Origin: Chlorobiota bacterium
GTDB taxonomy: Bacteria; Bacteroidota; Ignavibacteria; Tepidaquicellales; OLB5
Length of the DNA: 64,000 nucleotides
NCBI GenBank assembly: GCA_022616535.1
Contig: JAKEEM010000016.1
Location: forward strand, 1,683 to 65,682
Direction: 5' to 3'
Shown piece by piece: positions 36,122 through 46,600 of the stretch. The notes under the pieces were generated by a model that made no database searches, was not told the origin of the DNA, and saw only the letters and a list, made by a program, of their open reading frames with translations. Made by a program: the position numbers and the translations under genes. Within the stretch, counting starts at the first letter, position 1. The number at the start of each line of letters is the position of its first letter.

Positions 36122-36520
36122 GTGAACAGGCTTTTTAATAAATATTTCCTTGCTGGATTGTCACTGATGCTGGTTTTATCCAATTTCAGCTATGCATCAC
36201 AGCTAATGTTTTGCGGCATGACCGGGGAAATTTCAAAGTGCGAATGCAGACACGATTCCCCCGCCCCTGCAAAAAATTTAAGTATCGGTAAAGATAAAGC
36301 TAAATGCTGCTCACAAAAGGTTAATGAGCTTACCAACTCAAATTTACTATCCACTGTAAAAACAGAGCTCCCCAAAGACATAAATGTGTTTGGTCCTTTG
36401 TCATTAAATTTAGCGCATGATTTAGATATTCAGAACATTTCATTTACGAGCTTAATCATAGATAAAGCTCACATACCCAAGCTTGACATACTAATTTTCA
36501 CTTCCTCTCTTTTAATCTAA
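36122..36520 (+). CDS. Cys-containing leader protein of the metal-efflux operon (HYC_CC_PP-like)
   Basis: Signal-like N-terminus; FCGM, KCEC and KCCS motifs; position ahead of a TolC/CusB block. Confidence 0.6.
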   Translation: MNRLFNKYFLAGLSLMLVLSNFSYASQLMFCGMTGEISKCECRHDSPAPAKNLSIGKDKAKCCSQKVNELTNSNLLSTVKTELPKDINVFGPLSLNLAHDLDIQNISFTSLIIDKAHIPKLDILIFTSSLLI

Positions 36521-36601
36521 CATAATTTCATTTCGGTTTCTTTTATTTAGGTAATTTTTTAAAAAATTATTTAATTATTCTTTTTGAAATGATTTTATGT
36601 T

Positions 36602-38014
36602 ATGATTAAATATAAATTAAAACTTTTATTAATAACGGTAACTTTAAGCAATTCCGTTCTATTCTCTCAAAACGGATTTGATTACTATTTGTCTAAAGAT
36701 TCACTTTACAGGTATAACTCTTCGGCTAAAATAATTGATTCTTTATTAAATTTTAAAATTACGGAAAGTGCAAGGGATACATCTTTCTATAGCTCATACG
36801 GAAGAGCAGAGGTTATAAATCTCAGCCAGCTTTTATTTTTTGCTGTAAATAATAACCCGGAAATAAAATCGATTGAGCATAAAATCGAGTCTTTGGATTT
36901 TCAGGCAGATGAAAAATCATATCTTCCTGACCCGATGCTTGAGGCGGAGCTTGATAACATTATGTCTGATTTTAAAAGGGTCGGTATGATTAACTTCTTC
37001 GTTTCGCAAATGTTTCCCTTTCCCGGAAAGCTGGGGCTTGAAAAAAAATCCGTTTTAAACAATAAATCAATGTTCGAGTCAGAAAAGCTTGATATGGCTG
37101 TCAGTATGATGAATATGGTAAAGATGAATTATTACGAATTATACTTTATTAACCATAAGCTTTCTATAAACCAAAATAACCAGCTTATAGTCAAGACATT
37201 CATTACAGCTGCTGAATCGAAATACACGGTCGGCAAAGGTATGCAGCAGGAGGTTTTTAAAGCCCAGATTGAACTGTCAAGATTAATAAATGAGGAATTT
37301 GTCCTTAATCAGGAGCGGAAAAATAAGTTTTCCGAGCTGACAAAGCTAACGAAAGTCAATATTAATGAAAACACCCGCATAAATTTTTCCGACATTGACC
37401 CGAGCTTCCTTTTAAAGACAGAAAGCTTCGACTTCAATGAAAACGAAACGAATAAACTGATAGACTACGCACTTGAAAACCGTGCTGATTTAAAAACGCT
37501 GAGGAATAAAATCATAATGAATAAGACCGATATCGAAATGTCAAAGCTCAGCCGGATGCCGGATTTCAGCATAAGGCTGGGCTATAAAATACTGCCGTTT
37601 GAGGAAAGGAATGCTTTTTCTGTAATGGTAGGAGTTAATATCCCCTTTGCGCCGTGGAGCAGCGGGAAATACGGCAGCTCAATAAAGAAAACCGAGCTTA
37701 ATTTAAAATCAACAACAGATGAATATGAAGCAAAACGAATCGAGACGAGAAATGAAATTGTAAGTATTGTGAATAATATTAAGTCAATAAAAGAGACTAT
37801 TAATTATTATCACGGTGTATTGATACCGCAGACAGAAAACACATTAAAATCGACCCAGTACAGCTATGAAACCAATATGACTGATTTTCTGGATTTGCTT
37901 GATTCATACAGAATGTACCAAGATGCAAATCTGATGTACTTCGAATCACTCACGATGTACCTGAAAATGATTGCCGAGCTTGAAAAAGCAACCGGAATTA
38001 ATTTAAAAAATTAG
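36602..38014 (+). CDS. TolC-family outer membrane efflux protein (CusC-like)
   Basis: NNPEIK, LPDP, QMFPFPGKL, KYTVGKG and FLDLLDS motifs; adjacent to cusB. Confidence 0.88.
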   Translation: MIKYKLKLLLITVTLSNSVLFSQNGFDYYLSKDSLYRYNSSAKIIDSLLNFKITESARDTSFYSSYGRAEVINLSQLLFFAVNNNPEIKSIEHKIESLDFQADEKSYLPDPMLEAELDNIMSDFKRVGMINFFVSQMFPFPGKLGLEKKSVLNNKSMFESEKLDMAVSMMNMVKMNYYELYFINHKLSINQNNQLIVKTFITAAESKYTVGKGMQQEVFKAQIELSRLINEEFVLNQERKNKFSELTKLTKVNINENTRINFSDIDPSFLLKTESFDFNENETNKLIDYALENRADLKTLRNKIIMNKTDIEMSKLSRMPDFSIRLGYKILPFEERNAFSVMVGVNIPFAPWSSGKYGSSIKKTELNLKSTTDEYEAKRIETRNEIVSIVNNIKSIKETINYYHGVLIPQTENTLKSTQYSYETNMTDFLDLLDSYRMYQDANLMYFESLTMYLKMIAELEKATGINLKN

Positions 38015-38036
38015 TAAGTATTATAAAACAAATAAA

Positions 38037-39404
38037 ATGGAAGAAAAAAGTAAAATTTTAAAAATAATTATAGGCGCACTATTATTTATCATTGTAATCG
38101 GAGCGAGTTACTGGGTCTACGATACATTTATAAAAAATAATAGCGGCGGAATAGTTAAAAATGAAATTTATACCTGTCCGATGCATCCGCAGATTATCCA
38201 AGACAGGCCCGGACTGTGCCCCATTTGCGGGATGGATTTGGTAAAGAAAAACGAACTCGACACCGAAGATATGCAGGACCATGATTTAGGAGATGCAGAT
38301 TTAAATGCGGTTAAGCTTTCGCCCTCGCAGCAGGTTCTTGCAAACGTACAGACTCAAAAAGTGAAGCTGATGCAGTTCCAGGGTGAAAAAACATTTAACG
38401 GTTATGTTAAGATAAATGAGAAAAAGCTGGCGAAAATTTCAACAGCCGTCTCTGGCAAGATTGTTAATATGTTTGTAAATTTCGAAGGACAAACCGTTAG
38501 AAAAGGACAGCCTGTTTTGGAAATTTACTCGCCTGAGCTTGTTTCAACTCAAAAAGAATATTTGCTTGCGCTTGATAATTTTAACCAGGTTAAAACAAGC
38601 GGCAACAGAGTTGCAATAGACCAGGCGCAAAGTCTGGTGAATTCAGCGAGGGAACGGCTTACTCTTTGGGAAATGACACCTAAACAAATAGAGGAGCTTG
38701 AACGGACAAGGGAATTAAAAACTACATCGGTTCAATACTCAAGATATTCGGGTATAATTACTAAAAAGCTTCTTCAGGTGGGTCATTGGGCTATGATGGG
38801 AGAAAACATCTTCGAAGTTGCGGATTTATCAACCGTATGGGTTATAGCCAATGTATATGAATCGGATATGCAATACATAAAAAACGGGCAAACCGTTGAT
38901 ATTTATTCATCAGCTTACCCTGACGAACCTTTGAGAGCAAAGATAAACTTTATAAATCCGGTTTTTGACCCTGATTCAAGGACTCTGGAAGTTAGGATAG
39001 ATGTTTCCAACCCCAGTCTAGTGTTAAAGCCCGATATGTACGTGAAAGTGAAAATAAATACCTATGCCTCCCAGTCACTTGGTGTGCGCAAAAACGCAGT
39101 TATAAGAACTGGCGAGCATGATATTGTTTATATAGAAAAGGAAAAAGGAGTATACGTTCCTAAACAAGTCACCGTAAGCTACGAACAGGACGAATACTAC
39201 GCAATATCGTCGGGTCTTGAAGAAGGAGATGTTGTGGTAGTATCCGGCGGATTTTTAATCGACAGCGAATCGCAGATTCAAAAGGGCTTTACATCGGGGC
39301 ATGAAAAACACACAGGAAATAACGATAATGATTTAAAAATCAATCCGGACCAGGATATTATGAAAGATATGGAAAAAAAGAAAGAAGAAGAACATAAACA
39401 TTAA
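38037..39404 (+). CDS. cusB: CusB-like RND periplasmic adaptor with heavy-metal-binding domain
   Basis: YTCPMHPQI...CPICGMDLV, IYSPELVSTQKEYL and LKPDMYV motifs; His-rich tail. Confidence 0.9.
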   Translation: MEEKSKILKIIIGALLFIIVIGASYWVYDTFIKNNSGGIVKNEIYTCPMHPQIIQDRPGLCPICGMDLVKKNELDTEDMQDHDLGDADLNAVKLSPSQQVLANVQTQKVKLMQFQGEKTFNGYVKINEKKLAKISTAVSGKIVNMFVNFEGQTVRKGQPVLEIYSPELVSTQKEYLLALDNFNQVKTSGNRVAIDQAQSLVNSARERLTLWEMTPKQIEELERTRELKTTSVQYSRYSGIITKKLLQVGHWAMMGENIFEVADLSTVWVIANVYESDMQYIKNGQTVDIYSSAYPDEPLRAKINFINPVFDPDSRTLEVRIDVSNPSLVLKPDMYVKVKINTYASQSLGVRKNAVIRTGEHDIVYIEKEKGVYVPKQVTVSYEQDEYYAISSGLEEGDVVVVSGGFLIDSESQIQKGFTSGHEKHTGNNDNDLKINPDQDIMKDMEKKKEEEHKH

Positions 39405-39438
39405 TTAATATTATTCAATAAACTAAATATTAAACAAA

Positions 39439-40005
39439 ATGAAAACATTAAAATTAGCGGCAGTATTCACATTATCCTTTGTATTCATTTATGCATTTGC
39501 GGGATGCGGGAAAAAAGAAAGCACTGAAAAGCAGAACGAGCAAAAGCAAACGGACCAAACAAAAGCCGATACAACCAAAATGGTTAAAGACGGGAAGTAT
39601 GTATGTCCTATGCATCCTTTGGAGCAGTCAAACGAGCCGGCTAAATGCAGAATCTGCAAAATGAACCTGGTTCCGAAAGATGAGCATAACAAGGAAATGA
39701 TGGAAATGCACGAAAAAATGGAAGGAAAATACGCAGGAAAGAAAGATATGGTGCATTTTGAAGTGAAGCTCTCGGTAATTAAGTCCGATAGATGCGAGGG
39801 TGCGATTGAATCCGCGTTAAGCAGTGATAAGGGTATAGTCGATTATCACATCGATATTATAGACAGGGTAATCCACATGTATTTTGATAAAAGCAAAACC
39901 AGCAAGGATAATATCGAAAAGCTGGTAAGCAATGCGGGGTTCGATGCAAATGAAAGGAAAGCAAATCCCGATGCAGTAGCAAAGCTACCTGATGAATGCA
40001 AGTAG
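39439..40005 (+). CDS. lipoprotein with CPMHP heavy-metal-binding domain and degenerate HMA domain
   Basis: Lipobox FAGC; YVCPMHP...CRICKMNL; HMA-like region with KSDRC in place of CxxC. Confidence 0.75.
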   Translation: MKTLKLAAVFTLSFVFIYAFAGCGKKESTEKQNEQKQTDQTKADTTKMVKDGKYVCPMHPLEQSNEPAKCRICKMNLVPKDEHNKEMMEMHEKMEGKYAGKKDMVHFEVKLSVIKSDRCEGAIESALSSDKGIVDYHIDIIDRVIHMYFDKSKTSKDNIEKLVSNAGFDANERKANPDAVAKLPDECK

Positions 40006-40026
40006 GATTTATATTTATAAACAAAA

Positions 40027-40392
40027 ATGACAAATAAAATGAAATCAATAAATATTTTTAAGCTCTTCATAGCCGTAATGGTTATTTTTTCCTTCATAGC
40101 TGGTAAATCATTTGCGGGCGATAAAACAGCTGAAATTTCGCTGCCCACAATTCAGTGCGGGATGTGTGAACGGACGATTGAAAAAGCTATAAACAAAATC
40201 GATGGCATTGTAGATATTAATATAGATGTTGAAAATAAAAAAGCTACGGTTACTTACGATGACACAAAAACGGATTTAACGGCAATAGAAAAAGCCATAA
40301 CATCCGCCGGTTACGATGCAAATGATACAAAGGCAAATGCTGAAGCGTACAAGAAATTAAATAATTGCTGTAAACTTCCAAAAGACAGGTAA
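40027..40392 (+). CDS. exported HMA-domain metal chaperone
   Basis: Signal peptide, IQCGMC, AGYDA and terminal LNNCCK. Confidence 0.85.
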   Translation: MTNKMKSINIFKLFIAVMVIFSFIAGKSFAGDKTAEISLPTIQCGMCERTIEKAINKIDGIVDINIDVENKKATVTYDDTKTDLTAIEKAITSAGYDANDTKANAEAYKKLNNCCKLPKDR

Positions 40393-40406
40393 TTAATTTT
40401 TTTTAA

Positions 40407-42413
40407 ATGGAACATCACGGTTCAAATAATAGTCATAGTTCAAAGGCTCATATCCATAAGAGACACGCAGGGCATCACGAGCATATGATTGAAGACTTCA
40501 GGAAAAGGTTCTTCGTATCTCTCGTAATTACCCTGCCGATTGTAATACTTTCTCCAATGATTCAGCACTGGCTTGGGCTGGGAGAAAAACTGGCATTCAC
40601 CGGCTCAAACTATGTTCTGTTTGCGTTTTCGTCCGTTGTATTTATCTACGGCGGCTACCCCTTTCTAAAAGGATTATTTGAAGAAATGAAGGTTTTAAGA
40701 CCGGGAATGATGACCTTGATAGCAATTGCAATAAGCGTAGCATACGTTTACAGCAGTGTGGTTGTATTCGGGCTCAAAGGCGAGGTTTTCTTCTGGGAGC
40801 TTGCAACGTTAATTGATATTATGCTTCTTGGGCACTGGATTGAGATGAAGTCAGTTATGGGCGCTTCAAAAGCACTTGAGGAGCTGGCGCGCCTAATGCC
40901 CTCCGATGCCCACAGGTTAATCCCCGACGGCAGTATAGTTGATATTCCGTTAAATGAGCTGAATCTTAACGATAAAGTGCTGGTTAAGCCGGGCGAAAAA
41001 TTCCCCGCCGACGGGACCGTTTTAAAAGGCGAAACATCAGTGAATGAATCGATGCTGACTGGTGAGTCAAAACCCGTTTCTAAACAGGAAGGAGCAAACG
41101 TTATCGGCGGTTCTATCAATGGTGAGGGTGCCGTAACTGTTGAGGTCAGAAAAACCGGAAAAGACTCTTTCCTCTCGCAGGTCATTGAGCTTGTAAAAGA
41201 AGCTCAGGAAAGCAAATCAAGAACTCAGGACTTAGCAAACAGAGCTGCACTGTGGCTGACACTAATTGCTCTTGTTGGCGGCGCTTTAACATTCTTTATA
41301 TGGACCGCAATAGCGAATCAAAACCTCACTTTTGCTCTCGAAAGAACCGTAACCGTAATGGTAATTACGTGTCCTCATGCGCTTGGACTGGCAATCCCGC
41401 TGGTTGTAGCTGTATCAACAGCACTTGCAGCCAAAAACGGCTTACTGATAAGAGACCGTGCGGCATTTGAAAAAGCTCGGAACATTCAGGCAATAGTTTT
41501 TGATAAAACGGGAACATTAACGGAAGGAAAATTCGGAATAACTGATATAATCCTTATGGATAATTCAACAAACAAAGATGATTTGATTAAGCTCGCATCA
41601 TCTGTAGAATCATATTCAGAACATCCGATTGCAAAAGCAATAGCCGAGGCAACAAATGGAAAATATGAAGTAACTGAATTCAAAGCCATTGCCGGCAAAG
41701 GGGCTCAGGGAGTAATCAACGGAAAGCAGGTTAAAATTGTAAGTCCGGGTTTCTTAAGAGAAAATAATATTTCAATCAATAATGCAAAAATTAATGAACT
41801 ATACGAACAGGGCAAAACAATTGTATTTATTTTGGAAGGAAGCACCGTTTTAGGTGCAATAGCCCTTGCAGATATAATCAGAAAAGAATCCAAACAGGCA
41901 GTTTCGGAGCTAAAAAAAATGGGTGTTAAGTCAATAATGCTTACGGGTGATAATAAAAAGGTTGCAGAATGGGCTGCAAGAGAAATCGGGCTGGATGAAT
42001 ACATAGCCGAAGTACTGCCGCAGGATAAGGCAAACAAAATCAAAGAAGTACAGCAAAGAGGGCTTACAGTTGCGATGACGGGGGACGGTGTTAATGATGC
42101 GCCCGCTCTTGCTCAAGCCGATATCGGAATTGCAATCGGCGCAGGGACTGACGTAGCTATTGAAACAGCTGATGTAATTTTGATTAAAAGCAACCCGCTT
42201 GATGTGGTTTCAGTTATAAAGCTATCGAAGGTTACTTACAACAAAATGGTCCAGAATCTGATGTGGGCAACAGGATATAACGTATTTGCAATTCCCCTTG
42301 CAGCGGGAGTTTTATACTCCATTGGAATTTTATTAAGCCCTGCGCTTGGTGCCGTTCTTATGTCGTTAAGCACTGTAATAGTAGCTATTAATGCAAGATT
42401 TTTAAAAATGTAG
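40407..42413 (+). CDS. copB: copper-translocating P1B-3-type ATPase
   Basis: His-rich N-terminus; TGES, CPH, DKTGT, GDGVND, YN and MSLST motifs. Confidence 0.92.
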   Translation: MEHHGSNNSHSSKAHIHKRHAGHHEHMIEDFRKRFFVSLVITLPIVILSPMIQHWLGLGEKLAFTGSNYVLFAFSSVVFIYGGYPFLKGLFEEMKVLRPGMMTLIAIAISVAYVYSSVVVFGLKGEVFFWELATLIDIMLLGHWIEMKSVMGASKALEELARLMPSDAHRLIPDGSIVDIPLNELNLNDKVLVKPGEKFPADGTVLKGETSVNESMLTGESKPVSKQEGANVIGGSINGEGAVTVEVRKTGKDSFLSQVIELVKEAQESKSRTQDLANRAALWLTLIALVGGALTFFIWTAIANQNLTFALERTVTVMVITCPHALGLAIPLVVAVSTALAAKNGLLIRDRAAFEKARNIQAIVFDKTGTLTEGKFGITDIILMDNSTNKDDLIKLASSVESYSEHPIAKAIAEATNGKYEVTEFKAIAGKGAQGVINGKQVKIVSPGFLRENNISINNAKINELYEQGKTIVFILEGSTVLGAIALADIIRKESKQAVSELKKMGVKSIMLTGDNKKVAEWAAREIGLDEYIAEVLPQDKANKIKEVQQRGLTVAMTGDGVNDAPALAQADIGIAIGAGTDVAIETADVILIKSNPLDVVSVIKLSKVTYNKMVQNLMWATGYNVFAIPLAAGVLYSIGILLSPALGAVLMSLSTVIVAINARFLKM

Positions 42414-42415
42414 TT

Positions 42416-42844
42416 ATGAAACGACTTATATTTATATTATTATTTTCCGTATTAATTACAGCGGTGATTATTATCAGATATTCTTTGTTTCCTGAATACA
42501 GTAATAATCACAAAACCGAAATAATTAAACTTAATACAATTGTATGCGGCACTTGCGTGGATAACGTTAGTTATGCTTTAAAACAAGATAGCGGTATAAT
42601 AGACTTTGATGTTTCTCTGAAAACAAAGTCTGCTTCGGTCAAATTTGATAAAGCAAAAACCAGCCTGCAAACGATTGAAAACTATATAGTTAAAAGCGGT
42701 TATGACGCAAACGATAGAATTGCCGACAGCAATGCATACAGAGAGCTAAGCAATTGCTGTAAGATTTGGGGCGATGACCCTGATTATATGAAGCTGAGAG
42801 AGGGGCAAAAACAAGGATGCAAAGGAGGATGCTGTTTTAACTAA
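42416..42844 (+). CDS. membrane-anchored/exported HMA-domain protein
   Basis: IVCGTC, SGYDA, LSNCCK and terminal CKGGCC. Confidence 0.82.
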   Translation: MKRLIFILLFSVLITAVIIIRYSLFPEYSNNHKTEIIKLNTIVCGTCVDNVSYALKQDSGIIDFDVSLKTKSASVKFDKAKTSLQTIENYIVKSGYDANDRIADSNAYRELSNCCKIWGDDPDYMKLREGQKQGCKGGCCFN

Positions 42845-42993
42845 TGAATAAAAAAATTTCAAATACACTTTTTTTTACAGCCTCAGTTCTTCTGATTAAT
42901 TCGGCAATTTACGGGCAAAATCTCTTCACAACAATGAATGGGATAGTGTTAATTGCTGCTAAGAACATCCGATTAGAAAGGAACAAAAAATGA
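42844..42993 (+). CDS. 49-aa ORF with signal-peptide-like start (possible gene remnant)
   Basis: MNKKISNTLFFTASVLLINSAIYGQNLFTTMNG...; overlaps both neighbours by start/stop coupling. Confidence 0.35.
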   Translation: MNKKISNTLFFTASVLLINSAIYGQNLFTTMNGIVLIAAKNIRLERNKK

Positions 42994-43589
42994 CCCTCTA
43001 TAAAATAACAAGAATCAAAAAAGTTAAAAAGATGATTACCAGAATTTTATTTTTAAGCTTGTTTATATTATTCAATAGGATTACGGCGCAGGATACCCAT
43101 CATCATACTAATCACACTCCAGATATTGATTATGGAATAGTTAAATTAGAAATTGATGGGATTAAATTATCCATGACCTCAAATTTAAACCCCATGGTCG
43201 TCAACAAAAAAATTAAATTTACCGTTACAACCTCGGATTCAATGAATTTAGAATCTTACTCATTTTATTTGAATATATTGTATTCCAATGAAAACATAAA
43301 TGTTGGTAAGCTGTCATTTAAGAAACAGGTTAATGAAAATAAGTTTACTACAGAATATACTTTTTTAGAAAAAGGAAAATATAATTTTGAACTGGAAATT
43401 CAAAATACTGACAGTTTAGAAATTAATAAAACCAATAAATTCTCTTTTTCCCAGGAAGTGAAGGAAATAAATGATGATTCCGATAACAATCATAACGGCA
43501 TGATGGGTATGGGCTCATCATTTATGTGGATTGTTATGGGAGCAGTTATGGTCGTTCTGATGGTGGTAATCGGTATGAATTACCACTAA
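42990..43589 (+). CDS. hypothetical exported protein, His-rich N-terminus, Ig-like (YtkA/FixH-like) core, C-terminal TM
   Basis: AQDTHHHTNH, YTFLEKGKYNFEL and HNGMMGMG plus TM. Likely start is ATG 43032. Confidence 0.6.
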   Translation: MTLYKITRIKKVKKMITRILFLSLFILFNRITAQDTHHHTNHTPDIDYGIVKLEIDGIKLSMTSNLNPMVVNKKIKFTVTTSDSMNLESYSFYLNILYSNENINVGKLSFKKQVNENKFTTEYTFLEKGKYNFELEIQNTDSLEINKTNKFSFSQEVKEINDDSDNNHNGMMGMGSSFMWIVMGAVMVVLMVVIGMNYH

Positions 43590-43622
43590 CCGCAGATAAA
43601 TTTAGTGAAATAAAAATAAAGT

Positions 43623-46600
43623 ATGATAGAAAGAATAATAGAATTTTCGGCACGCAACAGGTTCATTGTTATAGTGATTTATCTTCTTGTAATCGGAGCC
43701 GGGATTTGGTCTGTTATTAACACGCCTGTTGACGCAATACCCGACTTGTCTGAAAACCAGGTAATAGTCTTTACACAATGGATGGGCAGAAGCCCGAAAA
43801 TAATTGAAGACCAGATAACTTATCCGTTAACTCAGGCACTTCAGGGAATTCCGAATGTTAGAGCCGTCAGGTCTTTTTCAATGTTTGGAATGAGCTTTAT
43901 TTATGTAATTTTTGAGGATAAAGCCGAAATCTATTGGGCAAGAAGCCGGGTGCTTGAAAAACTCAATCAGGTAAGGGACATACTTCCTTCCGGGGTTACC
44001 CCTGTAATGGGACCGGATGGAACAGGAGTGGGACATGTTTACTGGTATCACCTTAAAAGCGATAAATACGACCTTGGTGAGCTTAGAGCTCTTCAGGATT
44101 ATTATTTGAAATACCAGCTAACATCTGTTGAAGGCGTTGCTGAGGTGGCTTCTATAGGCGGATTTGTAAAACAGTATCAAATTGATGTTGACCCAACCAA
44201 ACTGTATGCATACGGCTTGGGAATTAATGATGTTGTGGGAGCCGTTGAAAGAAGCAACCGCGATGTTGGGGGAAGCAACATAGAGGCAAGTGAAAGCGAG
44301 TATTTTGTCAGAGGCAAAGGGTACATTTCATCGCCCCACGATCTGGAAAACATCGTTTTGAAAAATACGTCAAACGGAACCCCTGTTCGTGTTAGTGATG
44401 TCGGAACCGTTCAAATCGGCGGCGATACAAGGCGGGGACTGCTCGATATGAACGGCGAAGGAGAAGTTGTTGGCGGAATTATCGTAATGAGATACGGTGA
44501 AAATGCATCGACGGTTATTGAAAGAGTTAAGGAAAAACTTGCTGAGCTGGAAAAAGGGCTGCCCGAAGGAATTACCATCGAAACATCCTATGACCGCAGT
44601 TCGTTGATTCAAAACGCAATAAATACTTTAAAGAACGCACTTATTGAAGAGGCAATAGTTGTAAGTCTTGTTGTAATGGTATTCCTGTTTCATTTCAGAA
44701 GCGCTATAAGAATATTAATTGAAATGCCCGTTTCGGTTTTAATTGCCTTCATTCTGATGAAGCAGTTCAATATCACATCAAATATTATGAGCCTGGGAGG
44801 TCTCATTATTTCAATTGGTGTTCTTGTTGATGCTTCGATAGTTCTTGTTGAGAACGCATACAGAAATATTGCAAACGCCTCCGAGCGCGGTGAAGAACTT
44901 AATTATACTGAAATTTCCATTAAGTCAGCTCAGCAGGTGGGGCGTGCTATATTTTTCTCAATTTCAATTATAGTTATCTCTTTTCTTCCCGTATTTTTAC
45001 TTGAAGGTCAGGAAGGAAAATTATTTCATCCGCTTGCATTTACAAAAACTTTTGCTTTGGTTGGCTCGGCTTTAATTTCGATAACACTCGTGCCGATGCT
45101 TATGACATTGTTTATGCGCGGGAAAGTTTTTTCTGAAGAAAAAAATCCCGTTTCAAGATTCTTTATATCAATATACAGACCATTATTAAATCTTGCACTT
45201 AAATACAGAAAAACTACTCTTGTAATAAATGTGCTGGCTTTGCTTATTACCATTCCTATAATTCGCAGCACAGGTTCTGAATTTATGCCCCCGCTTGATG
45301 AAGGGAGCCTGCTTTTTATGCCAACAACTTTGCCTAATGTTTCAATCACTGAGGCAAAAAGAATAATGCAAATACAGGATAAGATAATTATGTCTGTCCC
45401 TGAGGTTGAACACGTTCTGGGAAAAGTCGGCAGAGCTGAAACTCCAACTGACCCGGCACCGGTAAATATGATTGAAACAATAATTATACTTAAAGATAAA
45501 TCCGAATGGCGGGAAGGACTTACCAAAAACGATATAATTTCAGAGCTTAACTCAAAATTGCAGATTCCCGGGGTAGGTAATGCGTGGACACAACCCATTA
45601 TTAACCGCATTAATATGCTTTCAACGGGAGTTAGAACCGACCTTGGTATAAAAATATTCGGGGACAATCTCGATACGCTTGAACGCCTTGCAATCGAAGC
45701 AGGTGAGATTGTAAAAAAAGTTCCCGGGGCTGCTGATGTTTTTGCCGAAAGAACACAAGGCGGCAGGTACATAGATGTCGAAATCAAGCGCGACGCTATT
45801 TCAAGATACGGCTTAAAAGTCGAAGATGTAAATATGGTAATTGAATCAGCCATCGGCGTAAGCAATATAACTACAACTGTTGAAGGCAGAAGGCGCTTCC
45901 CGGTTAGAGTTAGATATTACCGCGATTTCAGGGATGACGTAGAAAAGATGAAAAATGTGCTTGTAACTGTTGGCAGCTCATCCGGAAATATGGGTAACGG
46001 CTCCGGCAACGGCATGGGAAACGGTGAATCATCGGGCTTAAGCTTAGGCTTAGGCCCAAGCATGCAAAGCGGAACTTCAGGTACTATCCAGATACCTCTG
46101 AGTGAGCTTGCCGATATAAAAATAACTACAGGCCCGCCTATGATTGCCAGCGAAAACAATTTATTGCGTTCCGTTGTATTTCTAAATGTCCGGGGACGAG
46201 ATATGGGCGGATTCGTCGAAGAAGCAAAGGAGGTGCTTGATAAGGAATTTGCGCCTCATTTGCCTAAAGGGTATTACTATACATGGAGCGGTCAATGGGA
46301 AAATCAAATCCGTGCAAAAAAACGCCTGCAGATTGTAATGCCTATTGTGTTTTTGATTATTTTCGTTATGCTTTACATGGTATTTAAAAACCTCCTTGAA
46401 TCGGTTTTGGTAATGCTTTCTGTGCCTTTTGCGCTCATCGGGGGAGTGTATCTAATGGCAATACTAAACTATAACTTCTCTGTTGCAGTATGGGTAGGTT
46501 TTATTGCCCTTTATGGCGTTGCCGTTGAAACCGGCGTAATTATGGTAATTTACCTCCACGAAGCGCTTGACAAAAAATTAATTGCAAAAGACGAAATTGT

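Noticed and set aside
45026-45865. 279-aa antisense ORF inside cusA (and similar shadows inside gyrA, ligD, copB and the kinase)
   Set aside because: Fully antisense to well-supported genes, with no recognisable motifs; expected from codon bias.
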